Below the pieces are notes generated by a model. That model ran no database searches. It worked only from the letters and a program-made list of their open reading frames with translations, and was not told the origin of the DNA. A stretch of DNA of 63,057 nt, the filler included, from Basidiobolus ranarum (Eukaryota): NCBI GenBank assembly GCA_040143965.1. It is 43 parts of 43 records of this genome, joined end to end, with 100 filler letters (N's around TTAATTAATTAA, not from the genome) between each part and the next. Parts side by side here need not be neighbours in the genome. Positions count along the whole stretch, not along the records: positions 61,696 to 63,057 come from JASJQH010012290.1; 42 more parts are not named here. One strand, written 5' to 3'. This document shows positions 61,822 through 63,057 of the stretch, in pieces. How positions within the stretch are numbered: the stretch's first letter is position 1; each line of letters starts with the position of its first letter. Position numbers and translations under genes: made by a program.

Positions 61822-63057
61822 CACCATCACAATTTTAATCTATTTGGGATTGCCCATGTACTCACCATCATAAAATCATCAAGTTAGATTTGATTTTACT
61901 TAATTTTTTCAGTTTCAGGAGTGAAATTTCAGGTTCTTGCAAAATAGTTGCCCCTGATTGGCTACAATCTCAGAGAACTATGGATTAACATATGTGCAAA
62001 AAATATAACTCAAATTTTACACAATTACTACTTGAATGCTAATTAGTCACCTTCAAAATCTCTAATCTGTTTGATATATTCTCTTGAATATTTTTATAGA
62101 GTTCTTCATACCCAAGATTTTGCTCATACCAAACACAAGTTTGTATCAATATCTCCATCAAAGCCCACAATTGTATCAACATTGCTGAATCAACATTCTT
62201 CCAGCTATCTGGCAGATACCCTGCAATACTGTGCCACTCTTTATTAAGTTCTTCCCAGACATCTGCTTGGTCAACACCAGACTGAATGTCAAATTGAATG
62301 TTCTTCTACTGAAGCCATTTCTGAATACTTGCACTGTGCTTTTCCCTTCATACTTTTGAAAATACTCCTCAGGCACTTTGACTATTTTTGTACATGCTTG
62401 TAGTGTGAAACTACTGAGGTTGCTGTGTGGTGTTTGTGCAGCTTTTTGCTTGCCTTTAAGTTGGGGGTGAATTTCATCACTTTGAAAAGTACCAGTTGAT
62501 GTTGGAGAGCTATGAGTTTTATTTACTGGTGTTTTGGCTTGTTGAGAGGTGCCAGGTGTTGGATAAACTACCAAATTAGCACTTTTTTAACTGGTGTACC
62601 TGGTTCCATGGTGAAATTAAGCTTTTTTGCCAGTATATCTGACTCTGGAAATGCAGATCTTTGTAATGGTGTTAAAAGTTTGGTAAGTGGGACAGTAGAG
62701 CCTAATATCACTGGCTTCTTTGCTTTTCCCTTGAGTTTACTAACTTCCTGCTCCTTCAGTACTCCTTTAGCTGCTTTTCTTTCTTTTCCAAGTTGATAAT
62801 TGCATACATTTTTGAGATGTATCATGAATAGGGCAGCATGTTGCTGTAGCTCAAGTACAGCATTCTGAAGGTCTTGTATCATTATTCAGTGACTCACTAA
62901 CTGTTGACTAGTTGCTTTCAAATGCTGCATTATTTGCGATATTGCGGCATTATTGCTTGTCATGGCCTGTATAGCAAATTCATAGTTTTTACTTATGATT
63001 GCATACAAATCATTAGGGCCTTCTGCCTGCAATTCCCTTGTTATAATAATTCTATCC
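61822..63057 (-). mobile_element. CACTA ORF2 (with internal deletion) and subterminal region
   Basis: Matches 41194-41900 and 47350-48350. Confidence 0.85.

Noticed and set aside
62820-62850. Possible intron loss in CACTA ORF2 relative to 41285..41670
   Set aside because: The missing segment has no GT donor and reads as continuous coding sequence; a simple deletion.
7378-63057. Ascomycete-type RIP
   Set aside because: CpA/TpG are not depleted; the diagnostic changes are at CpG.

Overview
This window is not contiguous chromosome. It is 43 unplaced contigs of about 1.36-1.38 kb, sorted by decreasing length and joined by 42 artificial 100-nt linkers (44 N + TTAATTAATTAA + 44 N), so adjacency across a linker is meaningless. 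The source is a eukaryote, most likely an early-diverging (non-Dikarya) fungus. This is inferred from spliceosomal introns with CTAAC branch points, fungal NCS1, TDT and Ufd4 genes, and an animal-type glutamate dehydrogenase. About three quarters of the contigs are nested, CpG-depleted transposon debris: one abundant CACTA/EnSpm family (CCCTAACA termini, two divergent ORFs), at least four Ty1/copia LTR families, a chromodomain Ty3/gypsy family, other gypsy gag-pro pieces and a Harbinger-type transposase end. Host fragments are two head-to-head SAM synthetase genes, an NCS1 permease, two tandem TDT transporters, GDH, Ufd4, a CHY zinc finger and several orphan or secreted proteins. The best candidate for a new system is the SAM synthetase pair. 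Its 187-nt first introns are 97% identical while the adjacent coding synonymous sites have diverged. The intron holds a poison alternative 3' splice site, competing hairpins and a METTL16-like motif at the productive 3' splice site, suggesting SAM-feedback splicing/NMD control; gene conversion is the main alternative explanation. Also notable are a Tf1-type self-priming gypsy element, half-tRNA-primed copia elements, a tRNA-like sequence inside an LTR-like insertion and a resilin/silk-like secreted protein.
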